From Octopus sinensis (lineage: Eukaryota), in NCBI RefSeq assembly GCF_006345805.1, contig NC_043011.1, positions 4,402,001-4,466,000 on the forward strand: a DNA stretch of 64,000 nucleotides. The letters run 5' to 3'. Every line of letters starts with the position of its first letter. Position 1 is the first letter of the stretch. The translations under genes and the position numbers were made by a program. The notes beneath the pieces are model-generated. The model had not been told where the DNA came from. It was given only the letters and a program-made list of their open reading frames with translations, and ran no database searches. Shown piece after piece: positions 37,217 through 49,873 of the stretch.

Positions 37217-37489
37217 GTGGAGGCGCAATGGCCTAGTGGTTAGGGCAGCGGACTCGCGGTCGTAGGATCGCGGTTTTGATTCCCAGACCGGGCGTTGTGA
37301 GTGTTTATTGAGCGAAAACACCTAAAAAGCTCCACGAGACTCTGGCAGGGGATGGTGATCCCTGCTGTACACTTTCACCACACTTTCTCCCACTCTTTCT
37401 TCTGTTGGCCTGCTTGCTTAGCCAGCGGGGTGGCATCATTCGAAGGCTAAAACAATGCGAAGCGCATTGTGACCAGCGATGTGTAACAA

Positions 37490-37496
<7 letters not shown>
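37217..37496 (+). mobile_element. SINE family E (tRNA-like head GGCGCAATGGCCTAGTGGTTAGGGCAGCGGACTCGCGG)
   Basis: Homologous to 56421-56640, 61729-62038 and 22160-22231. Confidence 0.88.
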
Positions 37497-37539
<43 letters not shown>

Positions 37540-37694
37540 ACACACACACACATACACATACATATATATGTATATGTGTGTGTTTGGCCTAACCACCCAT
37601 CCCCCACTTGACAACTAGTGTTGGTTTGTTTACATCTATGTAACTTAGAGGTTTGGCAAGACACAAAATTAAATATGCACTAAACTTAAAAATA

Positions 37695-37911
37695 TGTGTA
37701 TGTTTGTGTGTCTGTGTTTGTCCCCCTAGCATTGCTTCACAACCGATGCTGGTGTGTTTATGTCCCCGTCACTTAGCGGTTCAGCAAAAGAGACCGATAG
37801 AATAAGTACTGGGCTTACAAAGAATAAGTCCCGGGGTCGAGATGCTCGATTAAAGGCGGTGCTCCAGCATGGCCGCAGTCAAATGACTGAAACAAGTAAA
37901 AGAGTAAGAGT
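37695..37911 (+). mobile_element. SINE family A, 3' half
   Basis: Starts at the internal microsatellite (tgtttgtccccctagc) and runs to the tail. Confidence 0.88.
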
Positions 37912-38179
37912 ATTAGGTTTGACTTCTTTAATAAATCCTTCAGGACAGAGCTCCAGCATGACCACAATCCAATGACAAACTAGTAAAAAAAAAAAAAGAA
38001 AATGATAAAAGATATAAAAGTAAAATAAATGGCTTGTTGTTGGTTTTACCAATACATGCTATACAGTAGAATCAATACTGATGCTGGTGCCATGTTAAAC
38101 GCAAGCACTCATGCTGGTGCCACGTTAAAAGTGCCCAATATGCTTTGTGAAGTGGTTGGTGTCATAATCTGAGTATCAT

Positions 38180-38480
38180 CATCATCGTTTGACATCTGCC
38201 TTCCATGCTGTCATGGGTGGGCTGGTTTGACAAGAGCCAGCCAGGCAGAAGCCTGTACCAGATTTTCTGTAACTGTTTGGGCAGGATTTTTGCAGCTGGA
38301 TGCCCTTCCTAACACCAACCCCTCAGCAGTGTGGCCTTAGAGATTTTTTCGTGGCACAAGCACAGGCCAGGTCAGTTTTGGCAAGGCTTTTACAGCTGGA
38401 TGCCCTTCCAAACACCAAGTACTTTACAGTGTGGACTAAGTGCTTTCAAGTGGCACCTGCAGTGACAGGGTCACCAAGTA
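38180..38480 (-). mobile_element. Older RTE 3' UTR fragment
   Basis: catcatcgtttgacatc...cagctggatgcccttcctaacaccaacc. Confidence 0.7.
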
Positions 38481-39849
38481 CTTGCATGACAAAAAAAAAA
38501 CTCTTTTGAGAGGGGAGGAGCATTGGAGGAAGACATCTTGTGTTGGATGTTGAAAGGTTATTGTGAGGCAGAGAGACAGAAACAGGTGTCTTGCTGAAGA
38601 GGAGGTATAGGGTTACCCTACTGGAGAGAGAGAGATAATTTCTTTATTCACCATAAGGTTGAGAAAAAGAAGGGACGATATGAGGACAGACAAAACAAAC
38701 ATTGGGGTCGGGGTATTGAATGAGAGGAAATGTATGAATAAACAAACAATTAAAATATATACAATAAAATGAGAATGACTGATTTACAAAAAATGAAGCA
38801 GAGGACGCGGTCGACCCCACAAACCTCATACTCACGCTGAAGACTTTGCAGAGAGCAGGAATGAAGACAGAAACAGGTGCACTGACACAAAGGAAATACT
38901 TGGTTACCCAAATATCATTTATAAAGAGACACTTATACCACACAGCAGGATTGAACCTGAAGCCTCATCATTGCAAAGCAGTCTTCTTAACCATTTAGAC
39001 ATACTACATGGATAAATGGTTAAGCTACATAGTTACCAATACACTCACACACATTACATATGTGTAATGTTCTTATTGTTTAACCAAGGTCAGCTCTGCC
39101 CATCCTATATCCTTTCAGATTCAACGTTTCTAAGACTATATTTATCTTATTGTTTTATTTATTTATTTTAAACACTAGGATGTTGTGAAAAGGAAAACTG
39201 GCTGTTATTTTCCAGTGACAACACAGACATTTCCTTATTACGTGTCATATGTATATATGCTATTTCTCACGTAGCATTTAATTGGCTTTCCAAGAATCAA
39301 GCATTGTACCAGTTTTGTATTCAAACTGGTCAGTTCCTTCACCTACCTACTTTGTCATTGTAAAATAAACAATCATATCACCAAAATCTTGAAACTGTGA
39401 AACTATGTATGGTTAATTCAAGACAATATGAATAAATAAGCATTATATTTGACGGCATTATATTTGAATGCTAAATGGTTAAGTCAGCTAGGTAAAGACT
39501 ACACCTCCAATTAATATTCATGCAAGGAGGAGCTGTCTTCTGCTTTGCAAACTAATAAATTAGTTATATGGAGGTTATTGTGCTTCGTGTGATAGATCAA
39601 AAGTGATTTTTGCTCAACAGAAATTATAATTATGATTTATAAGTATCAGACTCTCTTCTTTTTCCTGCAAATATCCATTCAAATTTTGGTTAATTGAAAT
39701 TTCAAGAGTTTTCTAACTTGCTTCCTTTGAGAGAATTTCCATTAATGCCTATGAATTTTCTTCTTTTATCATGAATTTTGTGAATCAATTTTGGTTCAGA
39801 TTATGTTTGATAGCCAGCACTTAACTACATAATCTACATAGAGATAGTA

Positions 39850-40250
39850 CCCTTGAGAAATATTCAAATGTTATTCTTTTAAATTTACTAATCAGTGAAT
39901 TATTTTCACACCAAAATTATATATCTCTCCAGGTCATTCTTTAGTCAATCAGCTTTGTGTTGTCTATGTTATGCCAAGATCTAATAGTACTCCATCCTGT
40001 CTAGAGCTATCACCATAGCTACCTGAGATAGGATCCATTTACTCCCTTCTTGCATATCTCAACTTAAATATTAGTCTATAAAAATATTCAGAATTATCAT
40101 ATTGTCCCATTTGAGAAATGCTGCTTTAATTTTAATTGATTAAAAACTATTGCCAGTTCACCACATTACATACGGTAGCCTGAACTTGTATATTCTTTAT
40201 GCAGAAGAGATTCTTTGGGAGTTTTCTAGTATCATTACAATAAATCAGTT
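39850..40250 (-). mobile_element. Possible very degenerate Copia-like RT remnant
   Basis: Scattered minus-strand motifs IKAAFL (~DIKAAFLQG), KWIL, LLDLG and FWCENNSL in the expected order, across many stops and frameshifts. Confidence 0.3.
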
Positions 40251-40876
40251 GTCAGATGTATAGGGTACCTATCCTGAAGTGGTACCTATTTATTATTTGA
40301 TAAGAATATGCCATTTCTAGAAACTGCCATTGCAGCAACTTGTTTTATTTGATGTAATTTGTTAGGAGAGTTTTCTTTTTGAAACACCCTTAACTCCTGT
40401 AGAGATATACGCATGTGTATATACACACATAAGCTCACCCATATTCAAAAGTGCTTTAGAAATATACAGGAATACAGTTTGAAACAAAAACAGAAGCGTA
40501 CACTTTTACCTAATATTTCAGCATCTTGGCTTCAGAAATAAATTTCATTAAAAAAAAAAGCATAGAGATTGAGCTCAGCTCTGATCTGCATATATATGTT
40601 AGGATGGGAATATATGTTTGGGTTAGTTGTGAAACATTAGCATCATACAACATGTTAGTGGCTGGATATTTTTTTTTTTTTATCATGACAAGCCTCCTTA
40701 ATCTTAATACTGTGACTTTGATGGTGACTATGAGATTTTTATAAGGACATCTAACTAATTGTTCTCTAACAGAAGAAGTGTTTGTATGCGTTCTTTAATG
40801 CAGGTATACTATTTGCAAATGGTGCTTCCACTATATTTATTACATGCTGTGTCATACAACACATAAGCTTGTAAAA

Positions 40877-42126
40877 GAAGGGTTGTTCATTAAAGATTTC
40901 CCCTGACCCACTTTCAGTTATTGCAGGAAATAGAACTTGTACAAGTACAATCATACATCTCTCTACATGTCACATTTTAAATTGCAACTTTCCACTAGTA
41001 TTCATTTGCCTTTTACGGCTGCTGAAGTGGACTGAAGTGTTATAATGGAGGCAGTTGAATGCAGATCAGGGATCAGGTTCTTATACTTAAAAAGGTCATA
41101 CACCAAAAAGGACTTTCGATGAGATGAAAGAAGTTTATGGTGATGACATACCATCATATAACATAGTTAAGCACTGGTATCACCAATTCAAATGTGGTCA
41201 GACATTGGTAGAAACTGCTCCTGTTCCTGATGATGAAAGCATCCATAGAGTGGAAGCTACCATGTTGGAGAAATGCTGCATAACTATCAGACAAGTAGTG
41301 CAAGAATTGATGATAAGTGTAGGGTCCATTGGAAAAAAAAATCATTCACAACGATTTGCACATGCGGAAGTGTCTGCACGACGGATTCCCCAGATGCTCA
41401 CACCTTTTCAGAAGCAGGAATGAGTCAATTGCTCCCAGGCTCTTTTGGCAATGTGCCAAGAAAACATGAAGGACTTTTTCGGCAGACTTATCACACAGGA
41501 GGAAACATGGGTCCATCACTATGATCCTGAGACTAAAGTTTAGTCAAAACAATAACTCACCACCTCCAAAGAAGGCTTGTGTCCAATTCTCAGCAGGCAA
41601 GATGATGCTCACAGTCTTTTGGGACCAGCTCAGAGTAGTGATGATGGATTTTCTGGCAAAAGGCACCACAATTAATGGGGCATATTATGCTTCTCTGCTG
41701 CCATCAAAGCAGAGAGGCGTGGCATGCTGAACCAAAAGAGTTTGCATCCTTCAAGTCAATGCTCCAGTTCACAATGTGCATGTTGCCCAGGTGAAAGCAC
41801 ACTCCTGTGCTATGAAATCCTTCCTCATCCCCCTTACTCTCCCAGCCTCATACCATCTGACTTCCACCTCTTTCCAACCATGAAGTCTTTTTTGAAGGGG
41901 AAGCACTTTGCAGATGATGATGAACTTATTTCCCTGGTAAAGTCTTGGCTCCAGACACAACCTAACGACTTCTACAGATGAGATCTTCACAGCTGCATAA
42001 AATGATGGAAGAACTCTGTTACAACTGCTGGTGGTTATGTAGAGAAGGACTAATAATTATGCCAAGATTCATTTATTCCAGTCCTTCAGAAGTGGGTCGG
42101 GGGAAATCTTTAATGAACACACCTAC
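40877..42126 (+). mobile_element. Mariner (DD34D) transposon, full length but decayed
   Basis: TIR GTTCATTAAAGATTTCCCC(T/C)GACCCACTT at both ends. Transposase pieces MEAVECRS.IRFLY, ETWVHHYDPE and HPPYSPSLIPSDFHLFP, with many frameshifts. Confidence 0.93.
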
Positions 42127-42734
42127 ATTGTGTAAAGGGCATTTGGCCAGTTGGCCAAATACCTGTTAGACAGTTTTTCAAGGTACCAGCTTTACATTCA
42201 TGGATTGCGGCATAAATTCAGTCATGAAGGGCCAGTAACTTTGAAAAGCATGTTCTGTTGTTGAAAGTGTGAATCTTCTTCTGAAAGTTTAAAACCAGAC
42301 TTGTATCTTGTAAACTGTGTTGGTTAGTCATTAATCATTAGCAACTTTTGAAAATATTTAGTCTAAGCAGATTTATTCTCACCTGTGCTGCATCTTTTGT
42401 TTATAGGGTAGACTTTATTTCATAGAAACGAAATCCTGGTGTTAGTCAGTTGATATATGATTCACAACTAAACACTTGAAAGTGGCTTTCTTGTAGAAGA
42501 TGGTATTAATGAATCCATCCTCTGTGATTTAGAGTTGGAAATCAGAGAAAGATCTGATGTTGTCTGGACGATCCATTTCAAAGTCTATTTGGTGGTTGAG
42601 GTGGTTGTTCATGCTATTTGTCTCCACCATAAGAAGTCAACATAGATTAAATTATGTGGTTTCATCAAATTTTTGTCCCCAAAGGCTGCTCTTCATTGAA
42701 CCAAACAGATAGAAATTATGGGACACCGGGACGG

Positions 42735-43078
42735 GACGGGGCCCCCTTCGGTCACGACACTGACCATGGGATTGCACCTAGAAAGTTACCCTCCTAGTCA
42801 CAAGTCTGGGCAAGGTGGTTTATGGAAGACCAGCAGTCGCCCATGCATATCAGCCTTCCCTCTCCACACCACCAGTGTTTATCCAAGGGAAAGGCAAAGG
42901 GGCCGATACAGCTTGGCACCTGTGACGTCACAACTCATTTCTACAGCTGAGTGAACTGGAGCAATGTGAAATAAAGTGTGTTGCTCAAGAACACAACACG
43001 CAGCCCAGTCCGGGATTCGAGCTCACAACCTCACGATCGTAAGCTCAACGCTCAAGCCACTGAGCCATGCACCTTCAC
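42735..43078 (-). mobile_element. SINE family F
   Basis: Reverse-complement full copy. Confidence 0.88.
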
Positions 43079-43729
43079 TAGGCTATACAGGGATCGGGTG
43101 GCCACAAACTAATACAGTTTGTTAATTGCATAAAAGTCATGTAGGATCATGCTATGACACGATGAATGTGGATCATTTTCTGATTCTTGTTTGGTATCTT
43201 CCTTCTAATGGCTTCTTCAAGCTTTTTGAATGTCTCAGTATACTGCTTGCTGTTCAAGATGCAGCCACATCCTTGAAAGTGATGGAGTACGATACCCTTG
43301 TCATCTGCAAAGGGAGTCACTATAACTTCCTGTGTCGATCACTGGCTCTTGAATTTCTTAGGCTTTGGAGAAAAGTTCTGATGCTATTACCACAGTTCAT
43401 CTCATATCACCAGATCAGAAAAAAAACAAAAAAACATGTCTTCAAAGAGGATCTTCAAATGCTTCCAGAGTAGACTTCCACTACTCTCACTTTCAAATCA
43501 TGTGCCATTTGGTGAAGTACCCACTTTGCACCCATTTTCTGGTACCCAAAATATTCCAACCATTTCTCTAATACATTGTGATGACAGTCCAGTTGTGTAG
43601 CAAGCTCCATAGACTATGATTTACTTGTCTCTGTCAATCCGTTCATCCACTCACTGGTGCTTTGTGTCAGTGGTTGCAGTTGGTAGTTTCCTACTCTGTG
43701 ATTTGTCTTTACTGCTGGTTGCCCTTTAA

Positions 43730-44186
43730 GCCTTTAGTTTTTGCATTATTCTACCAAAATTAATGTGTTTTTATCCACATCGTTTTGAACTAATCATGCA
43801 TTATCTTGTAGCTATGAGATTTTGATGAGGTAGCTGTTGATTTTTAAAATGATATTGTAGGGTTGGTGTGAGAAACCAGATCTGGCCAGTTTGAACATAA
43901 AACAGGCAGAATACTTCTGGCCGGATATGTATTTCTTTATTGCCCACAAGGGGCTAAACATAGAGAGGACAAACAAGGACAGACAAAGGGATTAAGTTGA
44001 TTACATCGACCCCAGTGCGAAACTGGTACTTTTATTTATCGACCCCAAAAGGACGAAAGGCAAAGTCGACCTCAGCGGAATTTGAACTCAGAATGTAACG
44101 GCAGACGAAATACCGCTAAGCATTCCGCCCGGCGCGCTAACGTGTCTGCCAGCTCGCCGGATATGGCCAGTTTAAATGCTGAAGGG
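43730..44186. mobile_element. piggyBac-type MITE, same family as 20255-20475, containing a SINE
   Basis: TTAA left flank, TCAA right flank; internal sequence is the reverse complement of 20255-20475. Confidence 0.75.
43930..44155 (-). mobile_element. SINE family G inserted in a piggyBac-type MITE
   Basis: 10-bp TSD gccggatatg at 43920-43929 and 44156-44165. Confidence 0.9.
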
Positions 44187-44460
44187 TCAAACTTTTTCAC
44201 TTGTCTATGTACATTTCTCTTGTCATTGGTGTCATCTCTGTAAGCAACTCATAACCTTCTGTAGATGTTCAACAGCCTGATCCCCTCCTTTGTCAGGAAC
44301 TTAAAGACAGCGCATTGCTTCTACTCGGTACCCATCATTTACCTGCAATGACAAAACAGCAAGAAGAGTTGTTATAGAGGAAAAGTTGCTCTACCAACAT
44401 GTGCAATTTTTATATCGATGCCTACATTTGTACCTTCAGTACAACCCTTGTGTATCTATG

Positions 44461-44489
<29 letters not shown>

Positions 44490-44509
<20 letters not shown>

Positions 44510-44512
44510 GAT

Positions 44513-44587
<75 letters not shown>

Positions 44588-44590
44588 GAT
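44490..44590. repeat. (TAGA)n microsatellite
   Basis: Direct reading; a compound (TAGA)n(TAGG)n tract also lies at ~45083-45245. Confidence 0.95.
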
Positions 44591-45081
44591 AAAAAAAAAT
44601 TTTTTTTATCTCGTTTGGCTTAACAGCCCTTCTTGTTTGTGTTACTGTTATTCTCCTTGTCCTGTCTTTTACTGTTTATATTTTGTACTGTTGTTACTGT
44701 CCTGTTTTTGTTACCATTTTTACCCCTCCGCAAAAAAATCTCAAATTTTATTTAATTTGATTTTCGTGGGAAGGATTGTTTCATTAAAGTCATGTATCGC
44801 CTTGACCATCGAAATGCGGAGTAGATGAAACAGAGGCGACTGAAGAAGGGGAATTTTCCTTGTTTTGTATGTCCTGTACACTATTTTTTTGTTGTTTAAG
44901 AAAAATGTCCATTTGCTTGGTTTTGTGTTTATTTTTTCGTTTCTCATTGTGTTCGACGTTTTTTTGGTGTCCTGTACCCATATATGCATGTATATATACA
45001 TGTAGAGGTAGGTACGTACATATATGTATGTATATATGTATGTATATATGCATATGTTTTATTTATTTATTAATTTATTAT

Positions 45082-45114
<33 letters not shown>

Positions 45115-45124
45115 CGGATAGATG

Positions 45125-45155
<31 letters not shown>

Positions 45156-45627
45156 TGATACATAGATAGATAGATAGGTAGATAGATAGATAGATAGATA
45201 GGTAGGTAGGTAGGTAGGTAGGTAGGTAGGTAGGTAGGTAGGTAGGCAGCAGGCACACCAACATACACACACATGTGCACACACACATACACACACACTT
45301 ATTTATATATGTAATACATACAAACATGCTTATTCCTTTCCTTGTCTTTTTCTTTCTTGTAATCATTCATCCATTTGTTCTTGTTTTTCATTTATTCTTT
45401 CCTTCTTTCTTTCTTTTCTTCATGATTCTCCCCACTTCAGTACATGACATTATTTTCAATTTTTCATCTTGTTCTCTGTGTTTAAATACAATATAGCTTT
45501 TTGCATTTGAACAGCCTTTTGTTGTATTCATACGTGTAATCTATTATTATAGACATTCTGTATAAGTGCCTGCATGCACGCAAGTATGTACATATGTCTG
45601 TTTCTGTGCCTATGATTATGCATATTC

Positions 45628-45676
<49 letters not shown>

Positions 45677-46127
45677 CATATATATATATACATATATATA
45701 TACATATATATATAAGTTAATCCAAACAAGAAAGCACAAAAAAACACAACACGAGGACGTGGAACAAATATGGTATTATTGGACGCTCATACATATATAC
45801 ATGTGTGTGTGAATATGTGAGTGTACACACATACACATGTATATATTAGATAAAATCATACAAGTAAAAGAAGGAAGATTATTATAAGGTAAGGACAAAA
45901 ACCAACAAGTGAATAATACATGAAGGTAGACAAGTAAAAATTTGTGATGGAAAAAAAGAAGTATAAAAAACAGAGCAAAACATTAACAATGACAGAATGT
46001 GTACAATGAAAATAGATTTGCCACAGGAAAAGATATAGATGTGATGTTTCGGGTTATGTCCTTTTATCAAAGAAAAGTAAAAAATAAAAAAAAGGTGGTG
46101 GAGCAGAAAAAAAACAGTGGAACAATA

Positions 46128-46498
46128 CAACCAACCACATGGTTCCCGGTTCAGTCCCACTGCATGGCATCTTGGGCAAGTGTCCTCTACTATAGCCCCG
46201 GGCCGACCAAAGCCTTGTGAGTGGATTTGGCAGACGGAAACTGAAAGAAGCCTGTTGTGTATATGTATATATATATATGTGTGTGTATGTGTGTATGTGT
46301 TTGTGTTTGTCTCCCTAGCATTGCTTGACAACCGATGCTGGTGTGTTTACATCCCCGTCACTTAGCGGTTCGGCAAAAGAGACCGATAGAATAAGTACTG
46401 GGCTTACAAAAAGAATAAGTCCCGGGGTCGATTGACTCGACTAAAGGCAGTGCTCCAGCATGGCCGCAGTCAAATGACTGAAACAAGTAAAAGAGTAT
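46128..46498 (+). mobile_element. SINE family A, slightly 5'-truncated
   Basis: Begins aaccaaccacatggttcccgg and runs to the tail. Confidence 0.9.
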
Positions 46499-46830
46499 CT
46501 GTTTACATTGCAGGCTATTTAAACCAGATAAAAAGAACCGTTTCTTTATCAGTATGTATGTCTGTGTTTGTGGAGGGTGGGGGTGAAGGGGGGTGAGGGG
46601 GGTTCATTAATCTGGAAAACAATTTGATTACTCAACACTATGTAGAGTGTAAGGTATGTGAAAAAATGCATACCTGGTATTTGGTTATCTGTTTACATGT
46701 TGCTTGTGGAAAATACAACAGATGTCCATTCATTGTTGTTGTTGTTGTTGTAATGTTGTTTCATTCGACTAAAATGAGGCTTTTAGTTGATAGGTAGACA
46801 GTGTAAGGGATGTAATTGTGTTGCTATGCA

Positions 46831-47211
46831 ACTCTTTTTACTTGTTTCAGTCATTTGACTGCGACCATGCTGGAGCACCGCCTTTTAGTCGAGCAAATCG
46901 AACCCCAAGACTTATTCTTTGTAAAGCCTAGTACTTCTTTAATCGGTCTCTTTTGCCGAACTGCTAAGTTACGGGGACATAAACACACCAGCATCAGTTG
47001 TCAAGCAAATCTAGGGGGACAAACACAGACACACAATCATATATATATACGACGGGCTTACTTCAGTTTCCATCTACCAAATCCACTCACAGGGCTTTGA
47101 TCAGCCCGAGGCTATAGTAGAAGACACTTGCCCAAGGTGCCACGCAGTGAGACTGAACCTGGAACCATGTGGTTGGTAAACAAGCTACTTACCACACAGC
47201 CACTCCTGCAC
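46831..47211 (-). mobile_element. SINE family A
   Basis: Reverse-complement copy. Confidence 0.9.
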
Positions 47212-47515
47212 CTTTAAAAAAGCTAGCAGAGCTTTGACCTTCTGGCTTGGTCAAACATTTTGCATCAACATTCACCTACATGTCCCTAAATCTGTCTCTA
47301 TATTCTCTTGTAAATGCTCATTACAGCCATATCACTTTGAAAACACCAGTTCTCATCTGATCTCATTAAGCAATGTCGAGCCCAGTTAGTACTTAGATGG
47401 GTGACCTCTTGGAAAACTTAGGTGCTGTTAACATCTTTTTACGGTAGTGCTCCAGCATGGCCACAATCAAATGACTGAAACAAGTAAAATAAGAAAAGAA
47501 TATAAATACATATGT

Positions 47516-47685
47516 GCGCAGGAGTGGCTGTGTGGTAAGTAGCTTGCTAACCAACCACATGGTTACGGGTTCAGTCCCACTGCATGGCATCTTGGGCAAG
47601 TGTCTTCTGCTATAGCCCCGGGCCGACCAATGCCTTGTGAGTGGATTTGGTAGACCGAAACTGAAAGAAGCCTGTCGTATATATG

Positions 47686-47724
<39 letters not shown>

Positions 47725-47929
47725 TTGTCCCCCTAGCATTGCTTGACAACCGATGCTGGTGTGTTTACGTCCCCCTCACTTAGCAGTTCGGCAAAAGAGA
47801 CCGATAGAATAAGTACTGGGCTTACAAAAAGAATAAGTCCCGGGGTCGAGTTGCTCGACTAAAGGCGGTGCTCCAGCATGGCCGCAGTCAAATGACTGAA
47901 ACAAGTAAAAGAGTAAAGAGTAAAGAGTA
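47516..47929 (+). mobile_element. SINE family A
   Basis: Full-length architecture. Confidence 0.92.
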
Positions 47930-47939
47930 CTAGTGGAAG

Positions 47940-47980
<41 letters not shown>

Positions 47981-48453
47981 AAACATGTACACATTCCTAC
48001 CCCAATATGTTATGGGAGGTAGACATATGTAGATACAAATGTGTGCAGTCCTATGAGACATAAATAATAGATAGAAGAACAGAGACAGATAAACGAAATA
48101 CACAAACTTACAGATAAATTGATAAGCATAAGGGAAGATAATTATACAAGCAGATAACCAAGTAGCTGGATAGAACAATAGACAAACAGATAAATAAACA
48201 GATAAATGAATACACAGGTGATTAGATAATTAGACTGACAGACAGCTAGATGATACGAAATCTTTTATTGTTCTGATTTTTATGTTTGATATATATAAGA
48301 AAAATTCTGGATTTTCTTTTTTTTTTTCTAAGAAGTCCTTTGATGGAAAAACATTGAATTAATTTGCCAATATCTTTCTCAATTATACTAATTACTTTCC
48401 CATTAAGTTTGGATGTTGATGAAAATATGAATTAAATTGTATTAAATAATGTT

Positions 48454-48495
<42 letters not shown>

Positions 48496-48731
48496 CACTC
48501 TCTAAGATGTTACTAATTGATTTGAGAACTTTACATTATTGGAAAACCTATAGGAAATTAGCTGAAGATTACTTGACATATTATATTTGCTGTAATATTT
48601 GGAGCTTTAATAAATTGTTATAGTATGAAACAATTGTACTAAATTACCGATCCATTCTTGTTGCTTATTTTTTGGTTATATATATATATATATATATATA
48701 TATGATTATATATATTCTGCTTCTACTTCAG

Positions 48732-48851
48732 ATCGGTATGTCATATTGGGAAATCATCATGATTCTTGGGTTTATAGTGCTGTAGATCCTTTGTCTGGGG
48801 CTGCATCTTTGACTGAGATCACACGAGTTCTGGGAAATATGTCAAAGGAAG
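48732..48851 (+). CDS. NAALADase/GCPII-like internal exon (equivalent to FOLH1 exon 10), 120 bp, phase 1-1; zinc ligands His and Asp
   Basis: Acceptor cttcag| and donor |gtaaat. Encodes [40 protein letters not shown] (family: [25 protein letters not shown]). Confidence 0.95.
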
Positions 48852-49194
48852 GTAAATAAAATTTCTGAATATTTTGTAAATGTTTTTTGCTTGCAAAAGG
48901 TAGTGCAGAAATGATTAGGCATCTGACTTAATACTTTGAAGGATTTAGGTATATTTTTTTTTATTCTTGAAATTAATACTTTGTTCTGCAGGAATTGGTA
49001 ATACCTATGGTCTTTGGAGAAACCAGTCAGATTGGTATCATCGATATTCTTCATGCTTGAAGTTACTTTAGGATTGATAAAATGTATACTAGCTATACCC
49101 ACAGTTCATTCATCTGCTTCTATCCTCCCCCTATTAAATTGAAACTTCTTTCAGTGTGAGATATTATTATTATTGCTTGCTAATGATAATGATA

Positions 49195-49625
49195 ATCACC
49201 ATCATCATCATCATTTAGCGTCTGTTCTCCATGCTAGTATGGGTTGGATGGTTCGACCGGGGATCTGGGAAGCCAGAAGGCTGCACCAAGCTCCAGTCTG
49301 ATCTGGCAGTGTTTCTACGGCTGGATGCCCTTCCTAATGCCAACCACTCTGTGAGTGTAGCGGGTGCTTTTTATGTGCCACCAGCACGGAAGCCAGTCAA
49401 GATGGCACTGGCATCGGCCACGTTCGGATGGTGCTTTTTACGTGCCACCGGCACAGGGATCACAACTACGATTTCCATTGATTTTTGATGTTGGTGTACT
49501 TGACTCAATAGTTCTCCTCAAGCACAGGGTCGAAATAGTGTTTCTTTACTTGCCACCTGCACAGGAGTCAATCCAGCGGCACTGGCAACTGCCGAGTGCC
49601 AGTCATAGGATTGGTTCAATTTCGA
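49195..49625 (-). mobile_element. RTE 3' UTR fragment
   Basis: Same family; includes the ~60-bp UTR repeats and the upstream gtcataggattggttcaatttcgattcc segment. Confidence 0.85.
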
Positions 49626-49654
49626 TTCCAAATAATCCTTTCTGCTATAGGCAC

Positions 49655-49850
49655 AAAGCCTAAAATTTGGGGGCGGGGGATAGTTGATTACATTGACCCC
49701 AGTACTCAACTGGTACTTAATTTATCGACCCTGAAAAGATGAAAGGCAAAGTCAACCTCAGCAGAATTTGAACTCAGATCATGCATACTGATAAAATGTA
49801 CGTCAGCGTTTCGCCTGGCATGCTAATGACTCTGCCAGCTCACTGCCTTA
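49655..49850 (-). mobile_element. SINE family G-related, partial or older copy
   Basis: cccagtactcaactggtacttaatttatcgaccc...gaatttgaactcag matches family G. Confidence 0.75.
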
Positions 49851-49873
49851 ATAATAATAAAGATAATCATAAG

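Larger units (their letters stand above)
43140..44345 (-). mobile_element. Old mariner remnant of a different subfamily, interrupted by a MITE and a SINE
   Basis: N-terminus KQCAVFKFLTKEG...IYRRL.VAYRDD at ~44200-44345; SPKPKKFKSQ...DDKGIVL...LNSKQYTETFKKL at ~43140-43400. Confidence 0.7.

Noticed and set aside
44600-44980. CTGAAGA and GAAA motifs in a TA/TAGA-flanked repeat unit as another hammerhead
   Set aside because: No consistent helix I/II/III register could be built in any topology.
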